Part shown: one piece after another, positions 25,415-37,380 of the stretch
How positions within the stretch are numbered: position 1 is the first letter of the stretch
Layout of the letters: each line of letters opens with the position of its first letter
NCBI RefSeq assembly: GCF_020745735.1
Contig: NC_083402.1
Location: 128,794,213 to 128,858,212 of the forward strand
Source: Hemiscyllium ocellatum
Lineage: Eukaryota
Direction: 5' to 3'
DNA length: 64,000 bases
Notes under the pieces: model-generated
What the model saw: only the letters and a program-made list of their open reading frames with translations
What the model was told of the DNA's origin: nothing
The model's database searches: none
Program-made: the position numbers and the translations under genes

Positions 25415-26272
25415 ATGTTGAAAATTTAATCAGCATTCTCACAATCTAGTGGAAAATAGACATGGAAGTTCACCTTTTCTGCATTAACTGATATCACAAA
25501 CTTGTCTTTTGCGTTATTCCCTGACTTTAATCTGTGATCTCACAGTCATACAAAATGTAAACAGGACTGAGTTGTGAACAATTGTCAAGCATTGTCATCA
25601 TTGAAAAAGCATCTATCTGAGTTGTAAAATGAAATTACTTAGTATGTGCAGCCCTTAATATCTCTTCGGAGCACACAGTTATATTCAGAGTAATACATGT
25701 CTGCGGAAACACATTAATAGAAATTAAGACTCAATGATACAACAGTAGATGACCAAAGTTTTCAAAAGAACATTGTTGAATTGAAAGCATTTTTGATTGA
25801 ATTATTTAAGCAGACTCCATGCAATGGGACTGTTCTCCAAATACCTTTTGAACTGTGCCTGAGTTTACTCTCCATAGTGTGCCCAGGCCACATTTGGGGC
25901 TTGAAAGTGGATTATAATACAAACCAGTGAATGGCTCTGTTGAGTTTTGGGTTTGCTGTTATATTTATAAGGTTTTAATGTTCTGAGATATTTATGAGAT
26001 GCATGCCATAATCAAGATATGCATGGAAGATGATGGGAATGAACAAAACATTGTTGTTTCTTAAAGTTTTTGATGTGAAACAGTAGGATGCCATGATTTC
26101 ACAGACCTGTCACATTTTGGAAATATTAATATGTTGCACTTCACAAGATTTACAAGACTGTTTTTAGACTGTTGTTGTTTGAATCAAATTCAAAGTGAGT
26201 GATATCAGAGAACCAGTTTGTGGCATTTGTACTGCCAAACCATTTTGTAAAACCAAGGAGAAGAACCACAGA

Positions 26273-26368
26273 TCAGAAGAAGAGTCATATTTGACTCAAA
26301 ATATTAACTCTGGTTCTCTCTCTGCAGATGCAGCCACACCTGTGGAGTTTCTCCAGCACTTGGATAAT
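26273..26368 (+). mobile_element. short PLE end (family C) starting at the hammerhead core
   Basis: TSD agaagaaccacaga (26259-26272) / agaagaaccataga (26369-26382). The degenerate core reads cagaaga-agagtc-atattt-gactc-aaaa. Confidence 0.75.
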
Positions 26369-26945
26369 AGAAGAACCATAGACTGAGGTTTTTTTATGGT
26401 CCATGATCCTGAATATGCAATAAATGGGATGGATTTGACAATGTAATAATGGGATACGAAATCATTGACAAGACACCAAGAATCCAAATTAAACAAATGC
26501 CAGAAGGAGACTGAATGCTGCATTTTGTGTGGAAACAACTTATATACTTAGGTGCTTATATTCTTTCAATCTGTACTTCATATGAACTCTCCCACTCAAA
26601 TCCTGACTTGCTTGCCATCTTGTCACTTTGTATGATCGCACTATTCTCATTCTTACGGTAACAACAGCTAATATTTATGTAAAGTAAGAAAACATCCCCA
26701 GATGATTCTCAGGCAGCATAGTTACATGTTATATGTAACATAGAGATATAGTATGACACCACGACACATAAGGACATATCAGATCAGAGAACCAAATGCT
26801 TGGTCAGGAAGGTAGGCTTTGTTGAACATCATAAATTGTGATGAAAAATGTGTAAGATATATTATAATGTTTAAATGGACATTTTTATATAAGAAAAGAC
26901 AGATGAATTTTGGCCAGTTCTGTGAAGATAATTTTTATTCAGGAA

Positions 26946-27028
26946 GTTCTGATGAAGGGTCACTGGAGCCAAAACATCAACTCTGCTGTCTCTCTAACAA
27001 TGCCGTCAAATCTGCTGTGTTTCTCCAT
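26946..27028 (+). mobile_element. short PLE end (family C)
   Basis: gtt-ctgatga-agggtcactggagcc-aaaacatc-aac followed by the family-C downstream sequence. Confidence 0.65.
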
Positions 27029-28060
27029 TGTAAATAACTGAGGATTAAGTACCGATCCTGTGGCACTCCAGTAATCATAGACTGCCAATTTTGAAATGCC
27101 CAATTTATCATTACTGATGTGCCATTGAGGTGTGGGCTTTGGCCTCTAGCAGCATATCGGCACCTGATAAGACAATATTTATTTTAGCGCCTGTAATAAA
27201 AGAACTAGACATGGGTAACATAGCACTGAAAGAATTAACAAATATTTATTGCAGTTCCACACATATATATTTACTGCAATCATAGACACTTCAGTGTCTG
27301 GGATAAAATTAAGTTATTTGGTTAGAAAAAATTGGCTTCCAAATCATGTCATGCTTCAAGTGCCTCCATTTAAGGAGACATCATTGTACTCTCAGGTAAC
27401 ATGCTATGTTACAGTGATGATATATTGAGCTTGTCTTTTAATGGTATACTGCATAGAGTCCGTGAGACATCATACAACACATATTGTTGCTTCCTGTCCA
27501 TTACAAATCTCTAACCATGCAAATATATCACCTTTCACACTATGAGTACTTAGCTGAGATTTCATCAAATAATGAGATGGCTATAAATATAATAAATTTG
27601 TAAAACAAGATTGTCCTTTTGTAAAACCATGTTATCTTTTTCTAATCACATGATGCTTTTCTAACTGCATTGTACAGTTTGCTACAGGTACTAAATCTCA
27701 TGGATTTGACCAGGATCCATCTCTAGGCTCCTTGCTTCACCACCTTCTATTCATTGACTTGAATACTGATAGCATTTCTGTCTTGCCTTGCCATTTAGTG
27801 AATGGAAAAGGCCAGGCAGTTTGTCACGGGGTCAGTAGTGATAAATCAAGGAGGTGGTCATGTTGCTGTATGGTACTATGCTAGATCAATGTTACACCTG
27901 TACTATGCCCCACTAGCTGGTGTGGCAAACAGACTACATGTGCTTCAAACAAATGGTTATCTCTCAAAGTCTAAGGGGAGTGGTCTTCATCAGGACAAAG
28001 GATACACCCTTCAGTCAGGATGTCATGGCACAGTAAGTCAAGGGCAACATCCGTTCTCAG

Positions 28061-28798
28061 TTAGAGAGTCATAGAGATGTACCGCATGGAAACAGACATG
28101 TCCGTCCAACCCATCCATGCTGACCAGATATCCAAACCCAATCTCATCCCACCTGCCAGCACCTGGCCCGTATCCCTCCAAACCCTTCCTATTCATATAA
28201 CCATCCAAATGCCTTTTAAATATTGCAATTGTACCAGCCTCCATCACTTCTTCTGGCAGCTCATTCCATAGACGTACCACCCTCTGTGTGAAAAAGTTGC
28301 CACTAGCTCTTCTTTATATCTTTCCCCTCTCATCCTAAACCTATGCCCTCTAGTTCTGGTCTCCCTGGCCCTAGGGAAAAGACTTTGTCTATTTTTCCTA
28401 TCCAAGCCCCTCACAATTTTGTAAACCTCTATAGTTCACCCCTCAGCCTCTGACACTCCAGGGAAAACAGCCCCAGCCTGTTCAGCGTCTCCTTATCCCT
28501 CAAATCCTCCAACCCTGGCAATATTGTGGTAAATCTTTTCTGAACCCTTGCAAGTTTCACAACATCTTTCTGACAGGAAGTAGACCAGAAGTGCACGCAG
28601 TATTCTAATAGTGGCCTAACCAATGACCTGTACAACCGCAACATGACCTCCCAACTCTTGTACTCAATACTCAGACCAATAAAGGAAAACATACCAAATG
28701 CCATCTTCACTATCCTATATACCTGCAACTCCAAATTCAAGAAGCTATGAACCTGCACTCCAAGGTCTCTTTGTTCAGCAACACTCCCTAGGATCTTA
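28061..28798 (-). mobile_element. CR1 LINE 3' fragment
   Basis: ORFs 28429-28758 and 28038-28280 are CR1 RT C-terminus, followed by a (ctctatga) tail. Confidence 0.9.
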
Positions 28799-29354
28799 CG
28801 TTTCAGTCAGCTGCTTGTGGTGGGTTATGATATTGGATTCATACTACTACAGTCTAGAATGGGTGCAGTGAAAGCAATCCAAGATTCATGGTACATCAGT
28901 TGGGAAATTATATAGAAATCAGTCGAGGGCCAGTTACCCATTAATCAAGGTTATGCATTCAGGTCAGTTGGCAATGGGTTACAGCTAATCCTGAAGATCA
29001 ACTCAGTGAAGGGCAAGGGAGTTATCAGGGAACCCTGCTGCATTTAGCAAGTTGGAGAAGTCAATTCTGGAGATAGGAGGCAGGATGCTGGGACATGGTG
29101 GGGTGGAGTGGGAGTAATTGTGAAGAGGACATATCAACCTATCAAGGGAAAGAGGATAATGTATTGGAGGACATGTGTAACTGCATGAAAGGGTGTCATC
29201 AAAGATCTCGCTTCACTGGGGAGTGGTGTTGCAAGAAGATTGGCATAATTAATCTGTAAGCTGGGGGTCGGGGGTAATGTTTCAGAGATGAACTGAAATT
29301 TAAATATGTCTGAGACATCCTTTAGATAAAAAAAGTATGCTCCCTCCTTGTGTG

Positions 29355-29615
29355 GCAATCTCGTGCTGAGAGGTCATTGTTTTAGGATTTAGACTTAAAA
29401 TAGAGATGAGGAAAATCTACTTTTCTCAAAGAGTCATGAATCTATTGAATTCACTACCCCAGACTATGGTGGATGCTAGGACATAAATTTAAGAAGGAGA
29501 TAGACATATTTTTAATTAGCAATGGGATGAAGGGTTATGGAGAGTGGGGAGGAAAGTGGAATTGAGACCTGGGCTCCAGGTCTGAATTGCCTACTCTTTC
29601 TCCTAGTCCTTATGT
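29355..29615 (+). mobile_element. CR1 3' fragment
   Basis: gagatgaggaaaatctacttttctcaaagagtcatgaatct...ctagtccttatgtt tail. Confidence 0.7.
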
Positions 29616-30162
29616 TGTTGTGGGTGTGGGAAGCTCAGGACTTTTGGGCTCAATGGTGAGTGTCAGAAGAAAGGAACGTGGAGGTATCAGAGAGCCCCAT
29701 GATTATGAGGCTGAGCCTACAACTCAGTGTGGCAAATGTGACCTGCTTAGCCTTCCATCTGAAGAGTAAAAGCATAATCAAAATGGAAAATAGCTATGAC
29801 CACAACAGAGTGGATAAAACAAGTAGGTTTTTATTTTCCTGTGGCTCTACCAGCTCTATTTCTAAGTGATGTGCGACTTTTTAACAGGCAATGGGAAGTT
29901 TCACAGTACAGATTGAATTTGTCTGTAATTATAGCACACTACGTGCGAAATGCATGTAGCATCCAATGGTATCCTAAAATTACAGGGAAGTCTGTGTGTG
30001 ACATTTTGGTCAGAAATAAGGAGCGGAATCGAATAGCAGAATTTCATATTTTGACAGATGCTGCAGTACAGTTTCTTTAATCATTTTGTGGAAGCTGTGA
30101 ATACAGTCAGGGGCCATTTAAGATGTAATATTTAGTTGTGATCCACAGAAAGAGATACAAGT

Positions 30163-30600
30163 ATTAGCATTTATATAGCTCTTATTATATTTCAAAGGAC
30201 TTCAATGAAAATGAATGAATTATTTTTGAAGTCAAATTACTGCAGCATGGATAAACAAAGCATTCAACCTGCAGACAGCAAGGTTCTAGAAACAGCAATA
30301 CGGAAAATGAGAAAGTAATATGTGATTTGGTGTGGTTCATCAAGGGTGTAACATTTAGTAAGGCACTGTGAGAAATCCCCTGATCTTGATTTTATGATAA
30401 GGAGATTCTTTACATCCACTTGAATGCACAGGCAAGGATCTTTATTGTCTTTTCAAAAAGCCAAGCCCACTGACAATACAACATTCAGCAATCTCAGCAC
30501 AACACTGAAGAGTCAACTTAGATTATGTACTCAAGTCCTGAATTGTGATGTAAACCTTCTGACTCAAAGGGCAGATAGAGACCAAATGCATCAATCTGAC
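30163..30600 (-). mobile_element. ancient Deu-domain SINE (SacSINE/AmnSINE-like)
   Basis: L2-like tail (gcatttatatagc), a core with cagcaaggttctagaaacagcaat and tttacatccacttga, and a tRNA-like head (aaaccttctgactcaaaggg), all on the minus strand. Confidence 0.6.
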
Positions 30601-31340
30601 ATGTGGAACACTTTGGGTGAAATCAGTTACCTTGGAGAAAAAATTACTGGCTTGAAGCAGTGTTTGATTTGCTAAGTTTCTGTTCTTCTCCGGTGTACAT
30701 TATCAAATGCAAAATCTTCAATTTTCCAAAGCTATCAGGTAGCCTTGTAGCAGTAAGTATATGTCATTTAACTAACACAGATATGTCACAAAAAGTAAGC
30801 AGCCAAAATTTGATTTCCTGTGCCTACGTCAGTGAATATGCTGGGCTGAAATGCCCAAAATGGATTTACAAATTCAAAGGTAATTATTTATGTTGTACGG
30901 CTATGAATGCTATAATGAGAGTGTAGGGGACCTTAAGAGTGGTCAATTGTCAGGAAGCCCACAACATGGCTTTGAAGCAATGGAAAAGAAAGAGGCAGTG
31001 TCTAAGATGGGACTGCTGAAAGCTCCAGATAAGATTGATTCAGGGTTCAGGAATACCCTAAGCTCCTAAGGGTCAGAAGGGTCCCCACAAAGTAAGTCAA
31101 GGGCAGACTCCTTTACCAATCAAGGGCATTGGATAGGGCCAGGCATCTGACTGGTGGTTCTCGCTCACGGGATCAGTCCCTTTGAAGTTCAGAGATAGAG
31201 CCATGGTTAGTTAGAGTTGGTTGAGCAGCAGCAAGTCCCGCAGGTGGGGAGACGTACAGGCACAAAGCAGAGATCTAGGCAGCTGAAAATGTGTTGCTGG
31301 TTAAAGCACAGCAGGTTAGGCAGCATCCAAGGAACAGGAA

Positions 31341-31376
31341 ATTCGACGTTTCGGGCCAGAGCCCTTCATCAGGAAT
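31341..31376 (-). ncRNA. minimal type-I hammerhead ribozyme in the PLE pLTR
   Basis: Minus strand reads AUUC-CUGAUGA-A-GGGC-UCUG-GCCC-GAAAC-GUC-GAAU: intact core, 4-bp helix I, 4-bp helix II and a palindromic loopless helix III. Confidence 0.8.
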
Positions 31377-31527
31377 GAGGAGAGGGTGGCAGGCAGGCTA
31401 AAATAAAAGGTAGGGAGGAGGGACTTGGGGGAGGGGCAATGGAGATGTGATAGGTGGAAGGAGGTCAAGGTGAGGGTGATAGGCCGGAGTGGGGTGGGGG
31501 CGGAGAGGTCAGGAAGAGGATTGCAGG

Positions 31528-33010
31528 TTAGGAGGGCGGTGCTGAGTTCAAGGGAATCGACTGAGACAAGGTGGGGGGAGGGGAAATGAGGAAACTGGAG
31601 AAATCTGAGTTCATCCCTTGTGGCTGGAGGGTTCCCAGGCAGAAGATGAGGCGCTCTTCCTCCAACCGTCGTGTTGTTATGTTCTGGCGATGGAGGAGTC
31701 CAAGGACCTGCATGTCTTCGGTGGAGTGGGAGGGAGAGTTAAAGTGTTTAGCTACGGGGTGGTTGGGTTGGTTGGTTCGGGCGTCCCAGAGGTGTTCCCT
31801 GAAGCGTTCTGCAAGTAGGCGGCCTGTCTCCCCAATATAGAGGAGGCCACATCGGGTGCAGCGGATGCAATAGATGATGTGTGTGGAGGTGCAGGTGAAT
31901 TTGTGGCGGATATGGAAGGATCCCTTGGGGCCTTGGAGAGAAGTAAGGGAGGAGGTGTGGGCGCAAGTTTTGCATTTCCTGCGGTTGCAGGGGAAGGTCC
32001 CGGGAGTGGAGGTTGGGTTGGTGGGGGGTGTGGACCTGACGAGGGAGTCACAAAGGGAGTGGTCTTTGCGGAACGCTGATGGGGGAGGGGAGGGAAATAT
32101 ATCCCTGGTGGTGGGGTCCGTTTGGAGTTGGCGGAAATGACGGCGGCTGATACGCTGTATACGGAGGTTGGTGGGGTGGTAGGTGAGAACCAGTGGGGTT
32201 CTGTCTTGGTGGCGGTTGGAGGGGCGGGGCTCAAGGGCGGAGGAGCGGGAAGTGGAGGAGATGCGGTGGAGGGCATCGTCGATCACGTATGGGGGGAATC
32301 TGCGGTCCTTGAAGAAGGAGGCCATCTGGGCTGTACGGTATTGGAACTGGTCCTCCTGAGAGCAGATGCGGCGGAGACGAAGGAATTGAGAATATGGGAT
32401 GGAGTTTTTACAGGGGGCAGGGTGGGAGGAGGTGTAGTCCAGGTAGCTGTGGGAGTCAGTTGGTTTATAGTAGATGTCTGTGTTGAGTCGGTCACCCGAG
32501 ATAGAAATGGAAAGGTCTAGGAAGGGGAGGGAGGAGTCTGAGACAGTCCAGGTGAATTTGAGGTCGGGATGGAAGGTGTTGGTAAAGTTGATGAACTGTT
32601 CAACCTCCTCGTGGGAGCACGAGGCAGCGCCGATACAGTCATCGATGTAGCGGAGGAAAAGGTGGGGGGTGGTGCCAGTGAAGTTACGGAAGATGGACTG
32701 TTCCACATATCCTACAAAGAGACAGGCATAGCTGGGGCCCATGCGGGTGCCCATGGCAACTCTTTTAGTTTGGAGGAAGTGGGAGGATTGGAAAGAGAAG
32801 TTGTTCAGGGTGAGGACCAGTTCAGTCAGTCGAATGAGGGTGTCAGTGGAAGGGTACTGGTTGGTGCGGCGGGAAAGGAAGAAGTGGAGGGCTTTGAGTC
32901 CTTCGTGATGGGGGATGGAGGTGTACAGGGACTGGATGTCCATCGTGAAGATAAGCCGTTGGGGACCGGGGAAGCAAAAATCATGGAGGAGATGGAGGGC
33001 GTGGGTGGTG
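31528..33010 (-). pseudogene. PLE reverse transcriptase-GIY-YIG endonuclease ORF, N-terminally truncated
   Basis: FTMDIQSLYT, AMGTRMGPSYA, RYIDD, CNRRKCKTC linker and IIYCIRCTRCGLLYIGETGR...RFREH. The first ~17 residues in the ORF track come from flanking DNA. Confidence 0.92.
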
Positions 33011-33987
33011 GATCCAAGAGATCTCGGCAGATCTAGCACTGGGGCGCCCAACCATGTCACTCAAGAGGGTCAATCAGGCTTATCCACAGAAACTGAGAGG
33101 AAAGTGGGATGAGGGTGGGGATGTAAGTGTGGCCACGGACACGACACTGAATCTCAGCCGTTTAAGTCTATGGCAGCAGCTTCTGGGTAAGAACACAGTG
33201 CAATTGTGAAAGGGGGCAGCAGAATCTTGATGGGAACAACACTGTAATACATGGTTGGGAAGCGTGTAATTTCGGAGGGGGACAAGAGAACCTGGATTCA
33301 AGGTGGGGAGGGGGATAGTGTAACAGATGTAGCTGTGTTGGGTGGGGACTTGGGAAAGAGTGAATCTTGACATGAAGGGCTGTGAGAAAGGGGATGTGGC
33401 TATTTGAGGGTTCACCGAATCGTCAGGCTGGGGCTGTCAGTGCTGGAAAAGTGCTGACTCTCACCTTCCATTGTGCTGGAAATTACTTGTGCATCATGGG
33501 GAGGAAAATGGCTGTGACCACACTCTGAGTAGGCAGGGTAAGTGATTCAACCTGTGAAGGTTGGGGCTATAGCACACACCACACATAGTGTTTTTAAAGG
33601 CAAACAGCATAAGCAGCAACCTGTCAATGGGGCAGACAGACAGTCATTTAACTCATTGCACTGATACGCTTCCGGTCAATGAGGGTCAGTACATCCCACG
33701 TAACTCTGTCACTGCAGCTCCTCCTTGTATATTTGCGTGAAGTCCCTGGTTACCAGAACCACAGGGCCCTCTCCTGTCTGGTGACTGCTTTCTCCAGTCC
33801 TCTGAGTGCCAACTGCCTGGGGCATTTTTAACTTGCTCGGCTGCAGAGCCGTCGCTGTGAGTGCTGTCTAGAATTTTTATGATGGCAGATCCCAGCAAGG
33901 TGTCAACATATGGGCCGGAGCAAGATGCAGGAAGCAGCCTCACTAATGCTTCCTCTGAGGCCTCAGTGCACTCATCCTCAGAGGTTA

Positions 33988-34135
33988 ATAAAATCTCGAC
34001 AGTGCAGATAGAGGCCATTTGGCCCACTGAGTCTGCGCCGACTCTCTGAAGATTCCCACCCTATCCCTGTAATGCCATGTTTACTATAGTTAACCCATCT
34101 TACCTACACACTAGCATGGCCAATCCACCTAACGT
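33988..34135 (-). mobile_element. HE1-like SINE 3' fragment
   Basis: acagtgcagatagaggccatttggccca...ggccaatccacctaac matches the HE1 3' half. Confidence 0.7.
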
Positions 34136-34379
34136 CTTGATCTTCTCTTGTGAGGTTACGATTCTCAATCATAGAGGGTTAGGACACAGATGTCGGATTG
34201 CGCCTAGCTGTTGAGTCTCTCTCTGCCATGTTATAGGCTTGTCTTGTAATGAGAAAAAGTAGATTGAGGGAGGTTTGGAATGAGTGACATGATAATGCTG
34301 GTGCACAAGGGGTAAAGTAGTAACATATAGCAAAGGACTAAGCAGGTAGCACAGGGGACTTGCAGGTTAGTGATGAGGC

Positions 34380-34620
34380 AAGCTGGGGAGACTGGGAGAG
34401 AGGTCATTCTTTTATATCGATTGTTCCTCAATACTGCCACACTGCCTCCTCCTGTCCTGAGATGGTCTCCTGTTTACAATTGATAATCTCCCACATACTT
34501 TGACTTGAATCATTCCACCATGTCTCTGTGAGATTAATGATGTCCAATTTATCATTACCTGCAAAACGTTCCAGACCATACATCTTATTTCTAAGAATTC
34601 TTGCAAACACAGCTTCAATG
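34380..34620 (-). mobile_element. CR1 APE-endonuclease fragment, decayed
   Basis: Minus-strand translation ARILRNK...LDIINLTETW. Confidence 0.65.
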
Positions 34621-35994
34621 CCTTTCTCTGTTTTTCATTTACTGTATTAACATTTGACTTTCCTTTCCTCCCACCATTAGAATTAGACTTATTAAACTTT
34701 GATTAATTAATGTACTTGGTACATTGTAATGTATGTCTCAATCAACGTGCACACTTGCTCACATCTACTACAGCCAAGCTGTTTCCACTGCTTGCAGAAC
34801 ATGGCCAAAGTCCCCATAAACAGCACCACACTATGCTTGAGTGCAAGAGTTCATGTAACCAACTCTTAGGGCTTTAAACCATCCCTGTCCAGTGATGAAA
34901 ACACGCTGGAGACTATCAGGGCATCTATTTTTGTTCCAATATCCAAATTTTACTTGCGAATCCCTTTCAAATAAAAGTTCATCTTCATCCTTGGGGTATT
35001 GGAGTCTCCTCTCCAATCTAATTGCCCTCCCCTTGTGCAATCCACACTAAACATTCATCTTGAAAATCATTTTTGCTCTCCAATATTTCAATGACCACTT
35101 CAGTCTTGAGAACATCAACCAGATTGCAACTGTTGCAGATGTAGAATCTGAGCCAAGGGGGCAAATATTTTACTACTTTCATTATACACAAATCAACCCA
35201 TCTTTGCCATTAGCAGGTAGTTAAGACATTGTAATAAATATGGACATTAGCATCATGTTGGGTGTACTGATCTGGCTCTGATTGCTGATCTTTGTGGCAG
35301 ACTGCTTTTCATCTGATTCTGTTTAACACTATGATTGCAATACTATTTTGCAACATTAACGTGATGGAAATCTGCAAATAGTGGGTGATTTGATACAATT
35401 GTTTAAAATCCTGAAGGATTTGGGTCGTATTAAAGAGTGGTAGATGCAAATTCAGTCATAATTTTATTTTCAATGGGGATTGCATAAATATTTGAAAAAT
35501 GCTCAGGATTGTGTTGGGCTAATTTGATAAATCTTTCTATGGGCCAGCACAGGCCTAATTGGTCAAATAGCCTTTGAGCAGTCTCATTCTATAAATCTAC
35601 AACTAAGCCAGTACATACTCTTTCATAACACTCACATTTTCCATTTACCTACAACTGGTTATATCAATACTGCAGAATAGTGCACCTTTTGTCATTCCCA
35701 TGCTATTGACTCCATCTTGCAAAATACATGAATCAGACTTTAGAGAAAATATTTTCCCTTCGTGAAGTTGTCAATGCAGAGGGCAGGCCTCATCTGCAAT
35801 GAAGTTCCATGAGCTCTCTTCTGGATTCCCCACCAATTAATTCCCTTGGGTGGTCACTGATTGGCTGCTTAGGGGCCTTAACTCATTAACTCCTCTGAAA
35901 GCCTCATCCCTGCTCTTTGCCTCAAAACATTGACAACCCCAAACCTCACCTTCATCCTTCAGATCCTCACCCTGATTGGCCAACATCTTCAGTT

Positions 35995-36457
35995 GATACA
36001 GTATACTGTATTCTATCTGCCATATTCTTGCCCATTTACTTGGCCTGTCCAAGTCCTCTTGAAGCTTTCTTGCATTCTCCTCTCAACTTTTGCATTTCTC
36101 AGTTTGGTGTCATCAACAAATTTCAAAATATTACAAATGATCCATATCCATTTATATAGATTGTGAACAGCTGTGGACTTCATAATCCTTGTGGTACCCC
36201 ATTAGTAACAGCCAACAATTCAGAGAGTGATTTGTTTAATACTTCTCTGCTTTCTGTTTATTAAGCAATTCATAATCCATCCTTTCTCCAATCCTATGTG
36301 TTCTAATTTTATACACTAACTTCCTGTGACAGACCTTATCAAAAGCATTCTGATATTTCAAATGTACCACATCTACAGGTTCTCCCTTGTCTATGCTACA
36401 ACTAACAATCTCAAAAAATTCAACAATTTGTCAAATATGATTTCACTTTCTCAAAAC
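35995..36457 (-). mobile_element. CR1 RT fragment, decayed
   Basis: Minus strand gives VDVVHLKYQNAFDKV, VPQG, KFVDDTKL and WARIWQIEYS. Confidence 0.75.
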
Positions 36458-36646
36458 TATGAAATGGAAGTATCGATGTTGGACTGGGGTGTACAAAGTT
36501 AAAAATCATGCAACACCAGGTTATAGTTCACTAGGTTTAGTTAGAAGCACTAGCTTTTAGAGTGCTACTCATTCATTAGGTGAGTGTGGAGAATAATGCT
36601 TCCAAATAAACCTGCTGGAATATAACCTGGTGTTGTGTGATCTTTA
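36458..36646. mobile_element. PLE family-B fold-back insertion
   Basis: Head-to-head copies of the family-B end, with TSD actttctcaaa at 36445-36455 / 36647-36657. Confidence 0.75.
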
Positions 36647-37184
36647 ACTTTCTCAAAGCCAAGTTGAAAAGAACAAGGGTTAAATTCCTCTAATGATTAT
36701 GATAGGTTATCAAATTCACCATGACACTCAACTATCCACTTTGTAGCTCACTTGAAGTTTAATGAAAGATCCTTATGAAATCAGTTTCAGGGTATACCCT
36801 CTTGTAGATGTGGAGCTGCATACAATGTTGAGCAGGCCTGTGATTCTAAACTACATATTGGATTTATGGACACTTTCAAACCTCTGACATGACAATGTAC
36901 CTCAATATTTCAAATAGAAAAAAAAGAATTACTGGATTGTAAAGTTCTCGATGCCTAGAAAATAGGCATGTTTTCTATTTTGCTTCAATATCAGTTCAAT
37001 TTTTGTTTGTTGTTGTTGGTTTTAGTTTTCAAAATGTTGTAAAATGGGAAAAGCCTGCCCAGCACACAATTCAGTAGCAGGAAATTGTCCCAGATCACTC
37101 CTTTAAAAGGAAATGACATGACAAACTGAGGAAAATGTAAGGGAAAGGAGAGCCGGATTAGGATATTGAAAGTCTGATCAGCAG

Positions 37185-37380
37185 GGAAAATTTAGGAGAG
37201 ATTTACTGACTAAGATTAGAACACATGGAATGGTGGGAACTGAGAGAGAATTCCAGAGTGTATTTGTTGGGTGTGCGACGGGAATGAATAATAGGTTGAG
37301 GTTCAAAGATTGAGAAGATTTGTAGAGGACATCAGGCAGAAGGTAGGTTGGGATGGTGTTTGAGTGATTTGAAAACAAGG
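37185..37380 (-). mobile_element. L2 LINE fragment
   Basis: Similar to 1695-2060 (gagagaattccagag...gatttgaaaacaagg). Confidence 0.55.

Larger units (their letters stand above)
31283..33016 (-). mobile_element. young 5'-truncated Penelope-like element, Neptune-type
   Basis: Uninterrupted RT + Cys linker + GIY-YIG frame, pLTR with hammerhead, and TSD agagatctaggcag (31269-31282) / agagatctcggcag (33017-33030). Confidence 0.95.

Noticed and set aside
31571-33112. Many overlapping ORFs within the PLE
   Set aside because: They are alternative-frame or antisense by-products of GC-rich, stop-poor sequence.
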